A DNA stretch of 64,000 nt from Octopus sinensis (GCF_006345805.1 NC_043005.1:66650001-66714000), one strand, 5' to 3'; shown: positions 41,128-55,127, counted from the first letter of the stretch. Notes: a model not told the origin generated them from the sequence alone. Numbers and translations: made by a program.

Positions 41128-41515
41128 TCTTTATTCTTTTACTTATTTCAGTTATTTGACTGTAGCCATTCTGGAGCACTGCCTTAAAGGTTTTTCTAAT
41201 CGAAGAACTCGGCCCTAGGACTTATTGTTTAAGCCTATTACTCATTCTATCGGTCTCTTTTGCCGAACTATTAAGTTAAGGGAACGTAAACACACCAACA
41301 TTAGTTGCCTAGCTATGGTGGTGTGAAAAATACGGGTACAAAGACAAACACACACATAAACGCGCGCGTACACACACACACATATACGACGAGCTACTTT
41401 CCGTCTACCAAATCCACTCACAAGGCTTTGGTCGGCCCAAGTTTTCATTCAGGTGAACTGGACCCTCAACCATGTGGTTCAGAAGCAGGCTTCTTACCAC
41501 ACAGCCACTGCTTAC
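41128..41515 (-). mobile_element. CORE-like tRNA SINE
   Basis: Same architecture as 37668-38125. Confidence 0.8.
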
Positions 41516-41633
41516 AATTGATATACATATACATATACAAACATACATATATATATATACATACATATACATACATACATACATATATATTTATATTTAT
41601 ATATATATATATATAAAATATATATATATATAT

Positions 41634-41893
41634 ATTATATAAAAGGGCTTAGTAAAATAATTACTTTGCCGCATACTGAACTCGTTAGAAATAGCAGCTA
41701 AAAAAACTATTTCTAACACTTAAAGAAACCTCTCTCATATAGTGTTTGCTCAATTCAACTCAAGAGTTGAATTGAGCAAACACTATATGAGAGAGGTTTT
41801 CTTTAAGTGTTAGAAATAGTTTTTTTAGCTGCTATTTCTAACGAGTTCAGTATGCGGCAAAGTAATTTATTTTACTAAGCCCTTTTATATAAT
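41634..41893. repeat. Near-perfect 260-bp palindrome
   Basis: Arms 41634-41761 and 41764-41893, AA spacer, two single-T insertions. Confidence 0.97.
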
Positions 41894-41986
41894 GTAATAA
41901 TTTGAATTGCCTTAAATGGTCCCTTTGCATACTGAATACTTGGTGAAATTGATTAATTAATTAATTAATTTTACCCTCAATTGTTG

Positions 41987-42037
<51 letters not shown>

Positions 42038-42054
42038 CGTATATATATATATGA

Positions 42055-42122
<68 letters not shown>

Positions 42123-42540
42123 CACTAGATTTTCCCGTGGTGAACGACAAATGAGGTTTCCGTAACATGAATCGGTAATCATGTTCTATGGACATGCATG
42201 TGTCTCTTGAGGCCTTGCAATGTAAACCTTTTGGCAAGTGGAACAAGTTGAGGACTCAGACTGCTCGAGTGCTTGCATTTAATTTACTACGTGTTTTCTT
42301 GAGTGGACGTCTAGGCATGATTTGCTCAGTTTCGCAAGACTACAATAAGAAGTAAGGTTTTCATTTTGAACAGCAGAATTTTGCTTGCGTGTCTTCATGT
42401 ATGCACAAAGTTGGTTCCGATCTTTGAATCAACTTACCTCAAATCTTTGAACTGAGGAGAAGCTGGACTACCGCCAGGTCCTGCGTTCTAATGCTTTGTC
42501 TTCCCCGGATGAAAAGGGAATTTTGCGTTGCTTCCGATTG

Positions 42541-42579
<39 letters not shown>

Positions 42580-43034
42580 AGGATATTACCAGTTCAAACG
42601 AGGTTGGGACATCTTCGAACCCGTAAGGCAGTCACTCACTGTGTTTTGTCATGGAGAAAATTTCTCACTGTATACAAATGCTGTAAATACAACAGAATCA
42701 GCTTGAAGATCCACCTACCCAGACTGGGAGATGCAAACATTTCAGAGTGGTTATGAGTGTGTGTGTATGTGTGTGTGTGCCTGTCTGTCTGTCTGTCTGT
42801 ATGTATGTATGTATGTATGTATGTATGTATGTATGTATGTATATATGAATGTGTGCATCTATGTGTCATTATGTTTGTCTTCAACCCCACTTGGAAACTG
42901 GTGCTGGTTCGCTTATGCCCTCATAATGTAGCGCTTGAATAAAATGAGGCAATATAAATCGGACAGGGTCTGCTGAGGGCTGATAAGAAAAGTTATCTCT
43001 CATATGTTATTCCCGTCATCGTACAATGACTCAC

Positions 43035-43230
43035 AGTTTTCTTGTTTCAGTATTTGGAATGTGGCCATACCGAGACACGCCCTGAAGGGTTTCATCGAAC
43101 AAATCGACTACAGTACTTCATTTTTGTTAAACCTGGCTCTTCCTATCTTGAAGCGATACATTATGAGGGTGTAAACAAACCAGCACCAGTTTCCAACCGG
43201 TGGTGGAATACAAACTCAAAGACAAATGCA
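43035..43230 (-). mobile_element. 3' half of a CORE-like SINE (degraded)
   Basis: ttgtttcagt...tggccatacc...gaacaaatcgac. Confidence 0.6.
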
Positions 43231-43393
43231 TACATGCACATAAACAGACAGACAGAAAGACACACACACGTGCGCGCACATACACACACAGATTTATATG
43301 CATACGTATGCGTACATACTTACATGTATACGTATATACATATGCATATGTGGGTTCAGGACGTCACAAAACATAAACAATAAAAATACACAT

Positions 43394-43476
<83 letters not shown>

Positions 43477-44451
43477 CATATATATGTGCATATATACATA
43501 CGTATACGTACATACATATGCATACGTGACGTGAGCACAGGACATCACAAAACATGAACAACATGGGTAATGTGCATATATATATGTATGTGTGTATTTA
43601 TGTGTATATATATATATATGTACATACTATCATATTAATGTAGTATTTTCCAAAAAAAAATACAAAAAAACTAACGAGTCATTGTGTATCTACCCATTTG
43701 ATGATGGCAAACTAACAAATATTGTTAAAAAACGTGAGAAAGAAAAACGGAACAAAATCTCGAACATTAATTGTGGTCGAGTAAACATTCGACGACTTCC
43801 TTATTTTAATAACTTCCTTACCTAAGTAAATTGTTTGTATAGAATTCTTGAAGGAGATATGAATCAATATGTTACTCTTTAATGCTACTGAAATAAAATA
43901 TTGTCACTGTCATTCACCAACATATATTTAATATTAATTTAAATGTGGCAAACTTAGTTTTGTATGCTGTAGTAAATAACTAAAGTTAATGCCCTTTAAG
44001 TTGTAGTTCTATATGTAGACTTGTATAATCACTTGATTCGATTGTTTCTCTTGCTTTGTAAGGACTATGTAATTGATTTATATTATGCTAGAACATATTC
44101 ATAATGTTAGCGATGAAATGTCTGTAGATAAGTAGTTTGAGTTGATAATGTTCAGTTTGACAAGATATATTATTGCATTCGTACAAAGTTATTGGTATAT
44201 ATTGTTAAACATGAGACAACATGTGACCTGATCTTCTTGGTAATGATTTATGAATCGATGTAATAAATTCATATTTGATATCTTATATAATTTATTTACT
44301 GAAATATCCTGTACATAAATATTGTGTTTTGTAAATATTTAATGTCATATACAATTGTATTATACTGGTTATATATTTTTATGTTACTCTTGTTTTAAAA
44401 AAAGTATGGAGAGCAAGTGTAATTTCAATAAAGAACAAAATAAGAATTTTT

Positions 44452-44810
44452 AACACTAACATAAAAGCGGTGTTATTGTATGGGGGCTGAGACATGGCGA
44501 ATAACAGTTAAGTCAAATATGCAAATACAATCATCCATCAACAGATGTTTACGCAGTATTCTTAAAATTAGATAGCAATATGGAGCTATGGCAAAGAACA
44601 AATCAAGTTTCGATTAGGGAGCAAATATTTAAGAAAAAGTGGAAGTGGATTGGTAGCATAATTAGTAAAGACACACTAAATGTAACGAAAAGGGCTTTAC
44701 AGTGGAATCCGCATGTATATAGAAAGATAGGTAGACCTAAGAACTCGTGGCGTAGATAAACACAAAAGGAACTAGAGAAAGAGGAACATTCATGGCAGAC
44801 TATAAGTACA
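44452..44810 (+). mobile_element. RTE-clade LINE C-terminal fragment
   Basis: KAVLLYGAETWR, INRCLRSILKI, SNMELWQRT...KWKWIG...ALQWNP...GRPKNSWRR. Confidence 0.85.
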
Positions 44811-45642
44811 GAAGCGAACAATTATGTGACATGAAATTCAATTATAAGTGTTTTTTTATTTCTCTCTGCATACACAAGCACATACGGACACACACACACG
44901 GACAGAAATGCACGCACATACACTCCCACTCACTCACACACTCATATACATATATATATTCATACATACATACATACATACATACATATAGTATAACTCA
45001 GCAAGCTATATGACTCAGTATCACATGAGCTAAACTTTCGTGTGGTCGTAGGACACGCCCATCTCGTTCGATGCTCCTTGCACACGAAACTTTAAGTCAT
45101 GTGAAGTGGAGTCAATTTTTATTAAATATATACGTCACTCCTGACAAATGTGTTGAATACTACGTTCTTCCGTTTGTCCGCTTGTACACACATACACACA
45201 GATGCACACGCATATACACACACAAAACGCATACATATATGACAGTCATACATATATGTACACACACATTTTTTCCATATTACACATACGCATACATCTA
45301 AGTGCACGTGTGCGGTTATGTATGTGTGTGTGTGTTTGTGAGTGTTACGTTAAGATTATTAGTTTTTCATGTTAAAGTTTAACAGCGAAGCATCTACTGA
45401 TGGGGTAAGATAATCCTCAGAGTAGAGTGAAAGTTATTGTAAAGTTGAAGTAGACTGGAATTAGAAGTTATATGAGTCTAAAGTAACTAGAATTATCAGG
45501 CACGATATTTCGTGCTTGTATCTTCTAGCCTCGTGTTCCTATCAGATGTATTTCACAGCAAGCATGTTAACTGATGTTATATGATCTTCGGTTCGGTTAA
45601 TACAAATTTCGCGTTGGTTTAATCGTAGGCGCTTCTCTTTCG

Positions 45643-45727
<85 letters not shown>

Positions 45728-46061
45728 ACGAAATTGAGATTAGTCAAAATATCTTTCTGACATATTTCAACTTCTAAAGGCAAATTGACTGCAGATACAG
45801 TAGAAGGAATTTTCTCAAAAAGCCGGTGCAGATTCCCAAACGTTACATTTCTAGCATTTTGGCTGTTATCAATGGAGAAATACCGAAGAGCGGTAACTCT
45901 GGACAAATTTAAAAACCTAGATTTAACTAGAACAAAGTCAAGAACATTGAGCGAACAGTGCCATCGAACCGCTAATTCGGAAAAGACTCAGCATTATCAG
46001 CCCCTAGTAGTGTTTAGGCATACGTAATATCTAGATTATTTAAAATAAGATTATGATAATA

Positions 46062-46264
46062 GAGTTCTATATTCAATAGATGAGGAATTATATACATTAT
46101 TTACATTGCTTACATTTGACGGATATTTGTCCTGATCTTGTTTGTTGTTAACATAACGTTTCGGCTGATATACCCTCCTGCCTCCATCAGGTGTTTTGGG
46201 GATACTTCGAACCTGGGTTCTCATTCCTAAGGTATTTTAAATGTTGTTGTTTTTGTTGTTGTTA

Positions 46265-46337
<73 letters not shown>

Positions 46338-46496
46338 CATTATTATGATTATTATTATTAGTAGTATTTTTATTATTTCTATTATTATTATTGTTGTTGC
46401 TGTTTTTGTTATTCACGTCACTGCCGAGAATCAAACTCGGAATCTTGGGGTTAGTAGCACGCGCTCTTAACCACTACGCCATAGGCCTACGGGCAT
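46062..46496 (-). mobile_element. tRNA-headed SINE-like element with internal (AAT)n and a hammerhead ribozyme motif
   Basis: Head 46411-46496 (ggcgtagtggttaag ... gagtttgattc); (AAT)n about 46245-46400; hammerhead-like motif 46149-46196. Confidence 0.7.
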
Positions 46497-46613
46497 CCAT
46501 CTGTCTATCTATCTCTCTATATAGCTTTCTCTCCGTAACTCGCAAAGCCTTTCGGTTTTGTTTATAAAAATATTATGTATGTAGTTTTATACACAGACAC
46601 AGACAGACAGACA

Positions 46614-46646
<33 letters not shown>

Positions 46647-46650
46647 ACAT

Positions 46651-46719
<69 letters not shown>

Positions 46720-46723
<4 letters not shown>

Positions 46724-46970
46724 AACCAAAGCACAGCGACGCGAGGACGTGGAATAAGTATAGTGTTATTGGACACGCAGGATGGGAAAGAAAGGAGGAT
46801 TTAAGGTTTCGAGTGGAGCTCTTCGTCAGAAATATAGAAAGAAAGAATAATTCCAAGGAAGAGAAGGACGAAGAAAGAAAATCGCCAACGATACACACAC
46901 GGGGTCACATATTGAAATAACCGGAAGGGAATGGGTGAAAAAAAAATAAGGGAGGAGAGAAGGAGGTATG
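46720..46970 (-). mobile_element. (TA)n-flanked repeat, probable pseudo-LTR remnant, with a hammerhead motif at 46799-46833
   Basis: ATTT-CTGACGA-A-GAG-CTCCA-CTC-GAAAC-CT-T-AAAT. Confidence 0.6.
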
Positions 46971-48303
46971 TGTGTGTTTGTATGGGTATGTCCTTGTGCA
47001 CAGGTCTGTGTGTGTGTGTAATGATAGCATGTGTATATATATATATATATAAACTGGGTGAGTGATTGATGATAGATCTCGATATATGTATCTGTGATGT
47101 ATGGGTGTGTGTCTGCGTAAACTTGTAACATATATTTAGAACACGTAGGCATCAATGAGATACATAGGAAGTATGATGCAGGTATGTTATGGCACTCCTT
47201 TTCCTCACTACTAATTTCATTCGTGGATAATTATCATTGTCTGCACTTAAGGTGTCTGTGAATAAAGTTTTTGCTAGACATACAGTATATTGCTGCACTG
47301 CTTAATATATTATCACTAAGAAAACGAAAAATTTTAACATATAAATATATGGTTTCAGAATAAACAATAGATAACTATTTCGGCCTTCACCTTTTGAGGC
47401 ATGTGTTGAAAAATCAATTAATTATGTTGTGAGTAGTTTGTTTGAATGTAATTTTTCAATTATGTGTTTAAGAAGGAAAATAAATGAAATTAAAGTCTAT
47501 GGCGATTTCCATTCTGACACAAATGTTTGACTTCGTAAACTCATCGAATTGTTTGTTTTCTTTGATAGAAATTAATGAAATATAAAGCAAATATTCTTCA
47601 TAAAAGAGAAAACTTTATCATTGTATGTTGCCTTCTCTTTTTTTTTTCACTATTTACATTGAGGAAATTGTCATGTTGTGTTACTATATTATTCAAATTG
47701 AAATTTCTCGACCTTCCGTTTTTTTTTCTAATATATATTTTATACCATACACTATTTATACTGTATAGCATTCTGATATATTAAAACTAAATAAAATTTG
47801 GAACTAAATATATTGCAGAATTATAAGCAGTGTTTTGATGTATATTGAACTCAAAATACATCAAAGTTAAATTATAAATATCTTATTTTCAGCATACACC
47901 GTAACAAATGAAATAGCAACTGAAGTATATTTATTAAATTTCAAAGATAAAAATACATTTACATCATGAACGGTTGATATAGTCTATTGAAGCAACACCG
48001 AGAAATTCAAATCAGGATAAAACAACGTCCATGCTTCAATTTGCAATGGCTTTGCTAAATTTTTATCAACGAAGTTTCTATGTATATCCATAACAAAGAT
48101 GGAAAATAAAGTTTCCTTTTTAGAAACAAGATCCAAATGTCTGTGTTTGATTGCAACTTATGTCACATAATTTTTATATTAACAGCAGTCAGTCTAAAAT
48201 TTTCTCCATGTATGTCTAACAAAAACTTTTTATATTCACAGAAACCTTAAATGTGGACAAAAAGGTTCTCCCTGCATCTTATATAGTATATTAATAATAC
48301 ATA

Positions 48304-48304
<1 letters not shown>

Positions 48305-48383
<79 letters not shown>

Positions 48384-48410
48384 TTATCTATCTATTTATC
48401 TATCTATCTA

Positions 48411-48480
<70 letters not shown>
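48305..48480. repeat. (ATCT)n/(GTCT)n microsatellite (GATA type)
   Basis: Read directly from the sequence. Confidence 0.95.
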
Positions 48481-48481
<1 letters not shown>

Positions 48482-48532
48482 GTCCGTCTGTCTTACCCTC
48501 TCCCCATCTCTGCATATATATATATAGTTCAA

Positions 48533-48576
<44 letters not shown>

Positions 48577-48579
48577 ATA

Positions 48580-48965
48580 TAGGGAGAATTCACAAAAAAC
48601 GAAGACAGATGGTGTAGACAGCAAACAGATATATTAGTTTAACATTCAGGAAGTGAAAATATCTTTAACGTTTCGAGCGTACACTCTTCCACAAAAAGGA
48701 ACACAGAAAGAAACAAGGAGAGAAAATAAAGAATATGTAGTGGCTAGAAATCTATCATGGCGAATGCCGGACAGAGGGATCACGCAGGAGGACTGGGAAG
48801 AAGGGGAGATAATAAAATAGTGGTGATCCTAAAACGAAGGTGCACGTGCGTGTGTGGATAAGAGAGCATGTATGTGCGTGTGGGAGAGGGTTAGTAACCT
48901 TGACGTGTGCGTATATGCATGTGTAAGTGTGTGGATGATAGTGTGGGGCTGGAAAGTAGTTAGAG

Positions 48966-48970
<5 letters not shown>
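48580..48970 (-). mobile_element. Longer copy of the 8.7-kb repeat family
   Basis: Colinear with 8707-8850; degenerate hammerhead-like motif at 48663-48699. Confidence 0.7.
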
Positions 48971-49007
<37 letters not shown>

Positions 49008-49994
49008 CGCCAACAGAGTTTAGTAATCAAAGAGCATGCTAATTTGAATTCAAGACACCAAAGCTCAAATCACCATCACTATATTGCGCACTAGTGTTTT
49101 GGAGATATTTTGGGGATTTGTTGTAAAGGCATTAAGTGGAAATTTATTAAAAACCCTGTTACATCACAAAAAAATATATTTTGTATACTCCTTCCTATTT
49201 CTATTTAAGCCCATCAAACATTTTAACATTAAAAGTTACATCACAAGAATCAAGCTAAGCTTGTTACGTGTATCGCAGCTGATTATTAAACGTGAAAAAT
49301 ATGTCAAATTCTTACACTATTATAGAGAAATCGAGTAATTAGAGACTTTTCGATCGTTTAAATTAACGGACTTGACTATTTATGAAAGAAATCATAAACG
49401 TTATATCTTTACAATTTTGTATTAAAACGAAAAAGTATGCATCGCATCAAATTTGATAGGTGTATCCTATGCATATGTGTGTGGGCTAAGTGTTGTGTTC
49501 GTTGGGGGTGCATTTGTGTGGATGTTTTGGTTAAAGAAGAGAGTGCTGTGATCATAAATGCTGTCTTAATTTAAATTAGTTAAAATAGTGATCGATATGT
49601 GTGATGCATTTATATTGAAGCAAGCATGTACGGACAATGAAGAGGTTTTCAGAATTATGTGGTTCCGGGTTTACTTTTAACGCGTGATCTGTTACTCAAG
49701 TGCTTTATTTCTTTGTCAGAAACTCGAGCTGCTTTGAGCTTTGGGAATGACATTGCTGACGCAGCAATTGTGAAAGCAAGACATATTGAATGCGATTGCG
49801 GCTCATGTACACAAACTATAAAGCAATGACTAGGTAGCACTGCTGTTTGAACAGCTAGAAATATGATCCTCAGAAATGATGGAAGGTCCACTTAAATGCT
49901 TATGTAATGACATAAAAGACATAATAGTGGAAGTTTCAATTCAATGCAGCGCCCCAAATCGGACAATGAACGTTAATATTCTGAGCCAAGAAGG

Positions 49995-50205
49995 GGGGAG
50001 TCGCAGCCTCTTTAGTACGCCGGGAAAATACTCATCGGCATTTCGTCTATCTTCATGTTCTGAGTTCAAATTCTGCCAAGGTCGGCTTTGCCTTCCATCT
50101 TCTCGGGGGTCGACAAAATAATTACAAGCTGAGTACTGGCGTCCGTGTAATCGAAATATCCCCTCCTCTGCAATTACTTAGCTTGTGCCAAAATTTGAAG
50201 CTAAT
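49995..50205 (+). mobile_element. Diverged SINE of the 22.3-kb family
   Basis: ttctgagttcaaattctgccaaggtcggctttgccttccatc. Confidence 0.7.
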
Positions 50206-50261
50206 ATGTTGAACCAAAATCGTATTGTCTGATATTCTTCCTCTTTCTCAACGACTTAGTC

Positions 50262-50332
50262 CCGGAACCCTGGGTAAGTGTCTGCTGTTATAGCTTCGGG
50301 TCGACAAGGAGACGGAAACTGAATGAAGCCCG

Positions 50333-50398
<66 letters not shown>

Positions 50399-50645
50399 TA
50401 TATGTGTATATATATGTGTGTATATAGATTTGTGTCTTTATGTCTGTGTCAGTCTCTCGCCAATGATTGACAACTGGTTTTGGTGCGTTTGCGTCCTCGT
50501 AACTTGAGGTTTGGCAAACAAGACCGATAGAATAAGTACTACGCTTTTAAAAAGTAAGTACTAGAGTCGATTCGTTCCACTAAAATTCCTCAAGTTGATG
50601 CTCTAGCATGGCCGCAGTCTAACGCCTGAAACAAATAAAAGATAA
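50262..50645 (+). mobile_element. CORE-like SINE lacking its head
   Basis: ccctgggtaagtgtct core; tail gctctagcatggccgcagtctaacgcctgaaac. Confidence 0.75.
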
Positions 50646-51880
50646 ATGAAGACGATACACTTCGAACTTGCAGCATAATACGTATAAACTCAACATATAG
50701 TGCGTTTGAGATTATCTAAATCACTTATATTTATTGAGATATCCATTATTAAACATCAGTATGTCTAAACGGCGGCTGCTATAAACGAAAGACAAGTTGT
50801 TGGTATATTCTTGATATACCAACTATGACATTGTTGCCAAAGTTTAAAACATCAAACATTTTATCGACCGTGAAATAATTATTTGAATACATTTATTAGA
50901 TCAGTCTGTTAAATATTATCTGATATAAAATACGATAAGAGGCTATGATACTATATTAAAACAGTAAAGTATCATATGCTGACAGCATAGAATGATGGAT
51001 CATTAAAAAGCTGGTTTACTTAGTCATAGAAAGAAACATAAATCTTATACATATAAAGACAAAATATCGTATAACCTTAGACACGTCATTCTATGATGCA
51101 TACAGCAAGATAAATTAATTTCTGTAATTCTTAATTGTACTAAATCATGTAGAATATAACGTGGTGTCTCAAGCTTAATGCCTATCAAGAATTTAAAATT
51201 AGAAATCAATTACCAACAGAGGGATAAACTGTAATAGAGAAGAAAGAGAATAGTGTTATACAACATTATTTGAACTAGGTATAGAAAGCAAGTTGTGAGT
51301 TTGATTCTTGGACTTACATACCTCTGTTTTTACAATGTAATTTGTTTTTCTAATCAACCAGCCATTGTTTATATAATAAATGTTTCCGTAGTTACAGACA
51401 CCAGTTACGTGCTGGACAACATCTTGCGATTATACATTGCTATTATCGATTTCTTTATTAAGCTTCAAACCATAAATCATTAGAGAGATTTCCGTCGTTA
51501 AGTCACCTGTATCGGTATAAGGTGAAATCTATTTAGAAAACGCCGAAGCCATTTCTTATTGGAACAGTCATGATGTATCTATTATTTCCTTTACTCAAAT
51601 AATTCTTTTAGAAAACATTAAACGGATTTTCCTTTGCGAATCAATTTGTGATCACTTTACATCGACTTTCTATGCTTTGTAGGCAAATGTTTCCAACGCT
51701 TCTAACAAAATTAACCCAGTATGGCAATAGACGAATTTCTTCTAGAAACAAACGCGTTTTTACAAACCAAGAGCTGCGTGATTTATTCTTGTCGAGAAAG
51801 GCACGGTAGTATTTTGACTGCTTCTCTCCTCTCTTTATCTGCCTCTCTTTCTACAGACATAAAAATTTAGGCGATATATA

Positions 51881-51911
<31 letters not shown>

Positions 51912-53096
51912 ATGTGCATGTGTGTGTGTGTGTGTGCGTACATGTGCGCATGTGTATATGTACATGTGAAGACACATAGTGAGCAGAATACGTGAGGTTT
52001 TCATCAACTCATAGACGTAAAATCCTGATTTCTACACGCTTTGAGTAGCATGCGTATAAAACACACTCAAGCAAAGTCAGGATGCTACTGGAATAATATG
52101 ATCGCATTCTTGGGCATGTTCAGTGCATTATACAGGGTACAAAATAGTTTAGATAGTTGAAAATTCCTTATTAGGTAGTCTTCACAGTGTCTGCAAGTAA
52201 TCCCCGGTTTCTTCTTATTAGTCTAATATATCAAAATTATGTAGAATAATTTTTACTTTTACGAGAGACTGAGATGTCATCTTCTGGAATGATTAGTGTT
52301 AGAAATTACATGTTCTATAAGATATATTTTTATATTTCCTACTATTACCATCCTTTAAACTCCAGATATATTTTGGAAAGTGAAGTTGTAAGGGGTATTT
52401 CTCATTGTCCCCAATGTATAACCGTATGAGAAAAGTATTTTAACTCAACCCAAATAATCGTTTTGTTTCCCCCCTTATCTATAACGTTTATCTCATCACG
52501 AAACGTTACTGCTTTTGAAGACCATTGCGATGAGATTGCAGTTAATAATATTGCTGAATGGCACAAATCTTTGTGAGCTTACACCGAAAACGTTTCTTCT
52601 GTTCACACACGAAGCAAAGAATATTTTAGTGCAGACCTATTTCATTGAACATCGTCAACATTCACTGTGGAAGTTACTTATAAGATATATATATATATAT
52701 ATATTCTAGCTGAAATGGTTACAAACTTTTAAGTAGATGGTTGGTTACACTATACATATATAGTTTTCTGTTTTAACATCCATGTTATTCGGGATGTAAT
52801 GTAATTATATTTCAAGCGTTTGTCTTTTTAAACATCAGTGTAATAATGAGAAGTAGAAGTGTATTATCCTTCGTTAAATGATAATCTGAACGTGCGCTTA
52901 CTGAACTTGTAAAGAATATTGGCGAAGGTTGGAATCTATATCATTATATTTCAATATACTGCAATTTCACGTTAGTTTCACACTGATATTTTATTTATTA
53001 GTACCAAAATGCAGTGTTGTAAACTCAGAAATGAACTCTGCTTAGATTTGATTTCGTTGTCACTCAGAACGTTATATCTTTGAAAATATTTGTTAC

Positions 53097-53313
53097 CATC
53101 TTCCGGACATAATATCCATTGTTTGGCTATTGGTACGTCGCCAAATCATTATTCCATCACCTCGGCACAGATCCAAATCTGCAGGATGAGGTTGTTCTAA
53201 AGTATCACGCGATTGTACAACATATTCCTTCATGAGCTTCAGACCTGTCATAGGATCTCTTGGATCATCATACAAATTCACGAGAGACGAATAATTGAAA
53301 TCAGCAAGCATTC
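53097..53313 (-). CDS. Candidate coding exon of an unidentified host gene (217 bp, phase 1 to phase 2)
   Basis: Open non-repetitive frame MLADFNYSS...DIMSGR; ...ctaAG acceptor before 53313 with an in-frame stop just upstream; TG|GTAACA donor after 53097; less AT-rich than its flanks. Confidence 0.45.
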
Positions 53314-54970
53314 CTTAGCGTGTATCATAAAAGGAATATCTGATTTATTGATTAGGATACTATAGATTCAAAAGATTTGACAAATAGAAAACTAAAGTAA
53401 CAAAGTGAAAAATATACAAATGCATAGTTGCAATTTTCAGAACAAAATATCCAAGTTGGTGAATTCTTTCAGAAAATATTAAGTTTAATTATCAAGTTGT
53501 TTTCACTTACGAATTGTTTACATTACATCATTCCTCTGATAAATACAGTGACCTTATTTTGAAATGCATATAATTTTGAATGAAATACAACCATTTACCC
53601 ATCGACACTTAAACTTTATAAATTATATCTGCTTGTCTTGCTCATTTGTGCTTTATACAAAAGATTCTAAAGATATGAAAATTGACGTACTTTCTCACAT
53701 AAAAATATATGAAAAATACACTGTCTCTGAGTACTAGCGATTAAATAACGAATGTATTCCTCGTTTTGAAAGGCTTTTGGTAACCAATGAAATATCTTTG
53801 TATTTTTAGCTATTTTCGCTTATATATATTTAAACTTTTTCAGTACTTCAAAGCTTTTTATAACCTATTTCTTAATGACGATGAGAAAATTAGTTACGAT
53901 TCAAAGGTCTTCAGGTACAAACAATGTATGCACACTATGTTTCATATATTGACTCATTCCTTCGTTTTTAATAATATACATTCACTACTAATCTATACAT
54001 ACATGTGCGCACACACAAACACACCGACACATATATGCTTACATGTATGTCTCTGTGCGTTTGGTTATATGTTTAAGCGTGTACAGGTGCGTGAAAGTTT
54101 GCATGTGTGAGCATGTATGTAGTCAATAGTGTGTATGTAATCGATATTAATTAACAATTCCCGCTGCTGAATATTAATATATTATGTTGCATAAGCATCA
54201 TGAATTTATAATTACATATATTAGAAACAAAATGAATTCCTGTGGTTTGGTCTGAAACTTGCTATGTCGTCTGTTTCAGTGTCACTCAGCTTTCAGATAA
54301 TGGGAACAAAAATACCTGCAGATTTGTTATGAAAAGAAAAAGTAATCATAATGTAAAAAGTCGTCTCCTTGTTCCTGTCGTATTATATTAATCAATTATA
54401 AAGTAGACACAGCGACTTATTTCAATAATTCTGTCATGCATAAGTTTTTCTTTTCCCATTATATCTGCAGAATACAGAATATAAATGTAGATATATTAAG
54501 ACTAGTACGTATTTGTATGAGGGGTTATAGATAACCAGTTTGAAGTTGTTTAATTTGTCACCTAATATAACAGTCTTAAATAGAGAAACTGGGAACAACT
54601 AACTGCATTACCATTTACGGAGAAAAGGTATGCAATTTTATTCGAGAACTATTTCAGAACAGATCATGAAATTTAGTAGAAGCTGTTCTTTTTGTTTAAC
54701 CCTGGACCAGCTCTAATCGACTAAGAGTATGATAAAACAAAATGACTATACCACAAAAGAAATTTTATACCAAAATTCTCATAAAAAAGAAGGATGCCAT
54801 ATAAGAATCCAAGCAATGGGCAAACTTGTTTTATGACAACGAAAGTCGTACTGAACGCACATAACAGCCAACTACAGCATTCAAACCTACGGAACGTCAT
54901 CCGCAAATGAAAAACATCTACGGTATAGGTCTGTATATATAGAAAGCGCGGACATCTGCGACATTCTATG

Positions 54971-55020
<50 letters not shown>

Positions 55021-55127
55021 ATATATATATATTTAATATATATGCATATTGACTATGTGTATATTTCGTATATATATTTAGTCACGCGTTTCCTACATAG
55101 TATATACAGAGAGAGAGAGAGAGAGAC

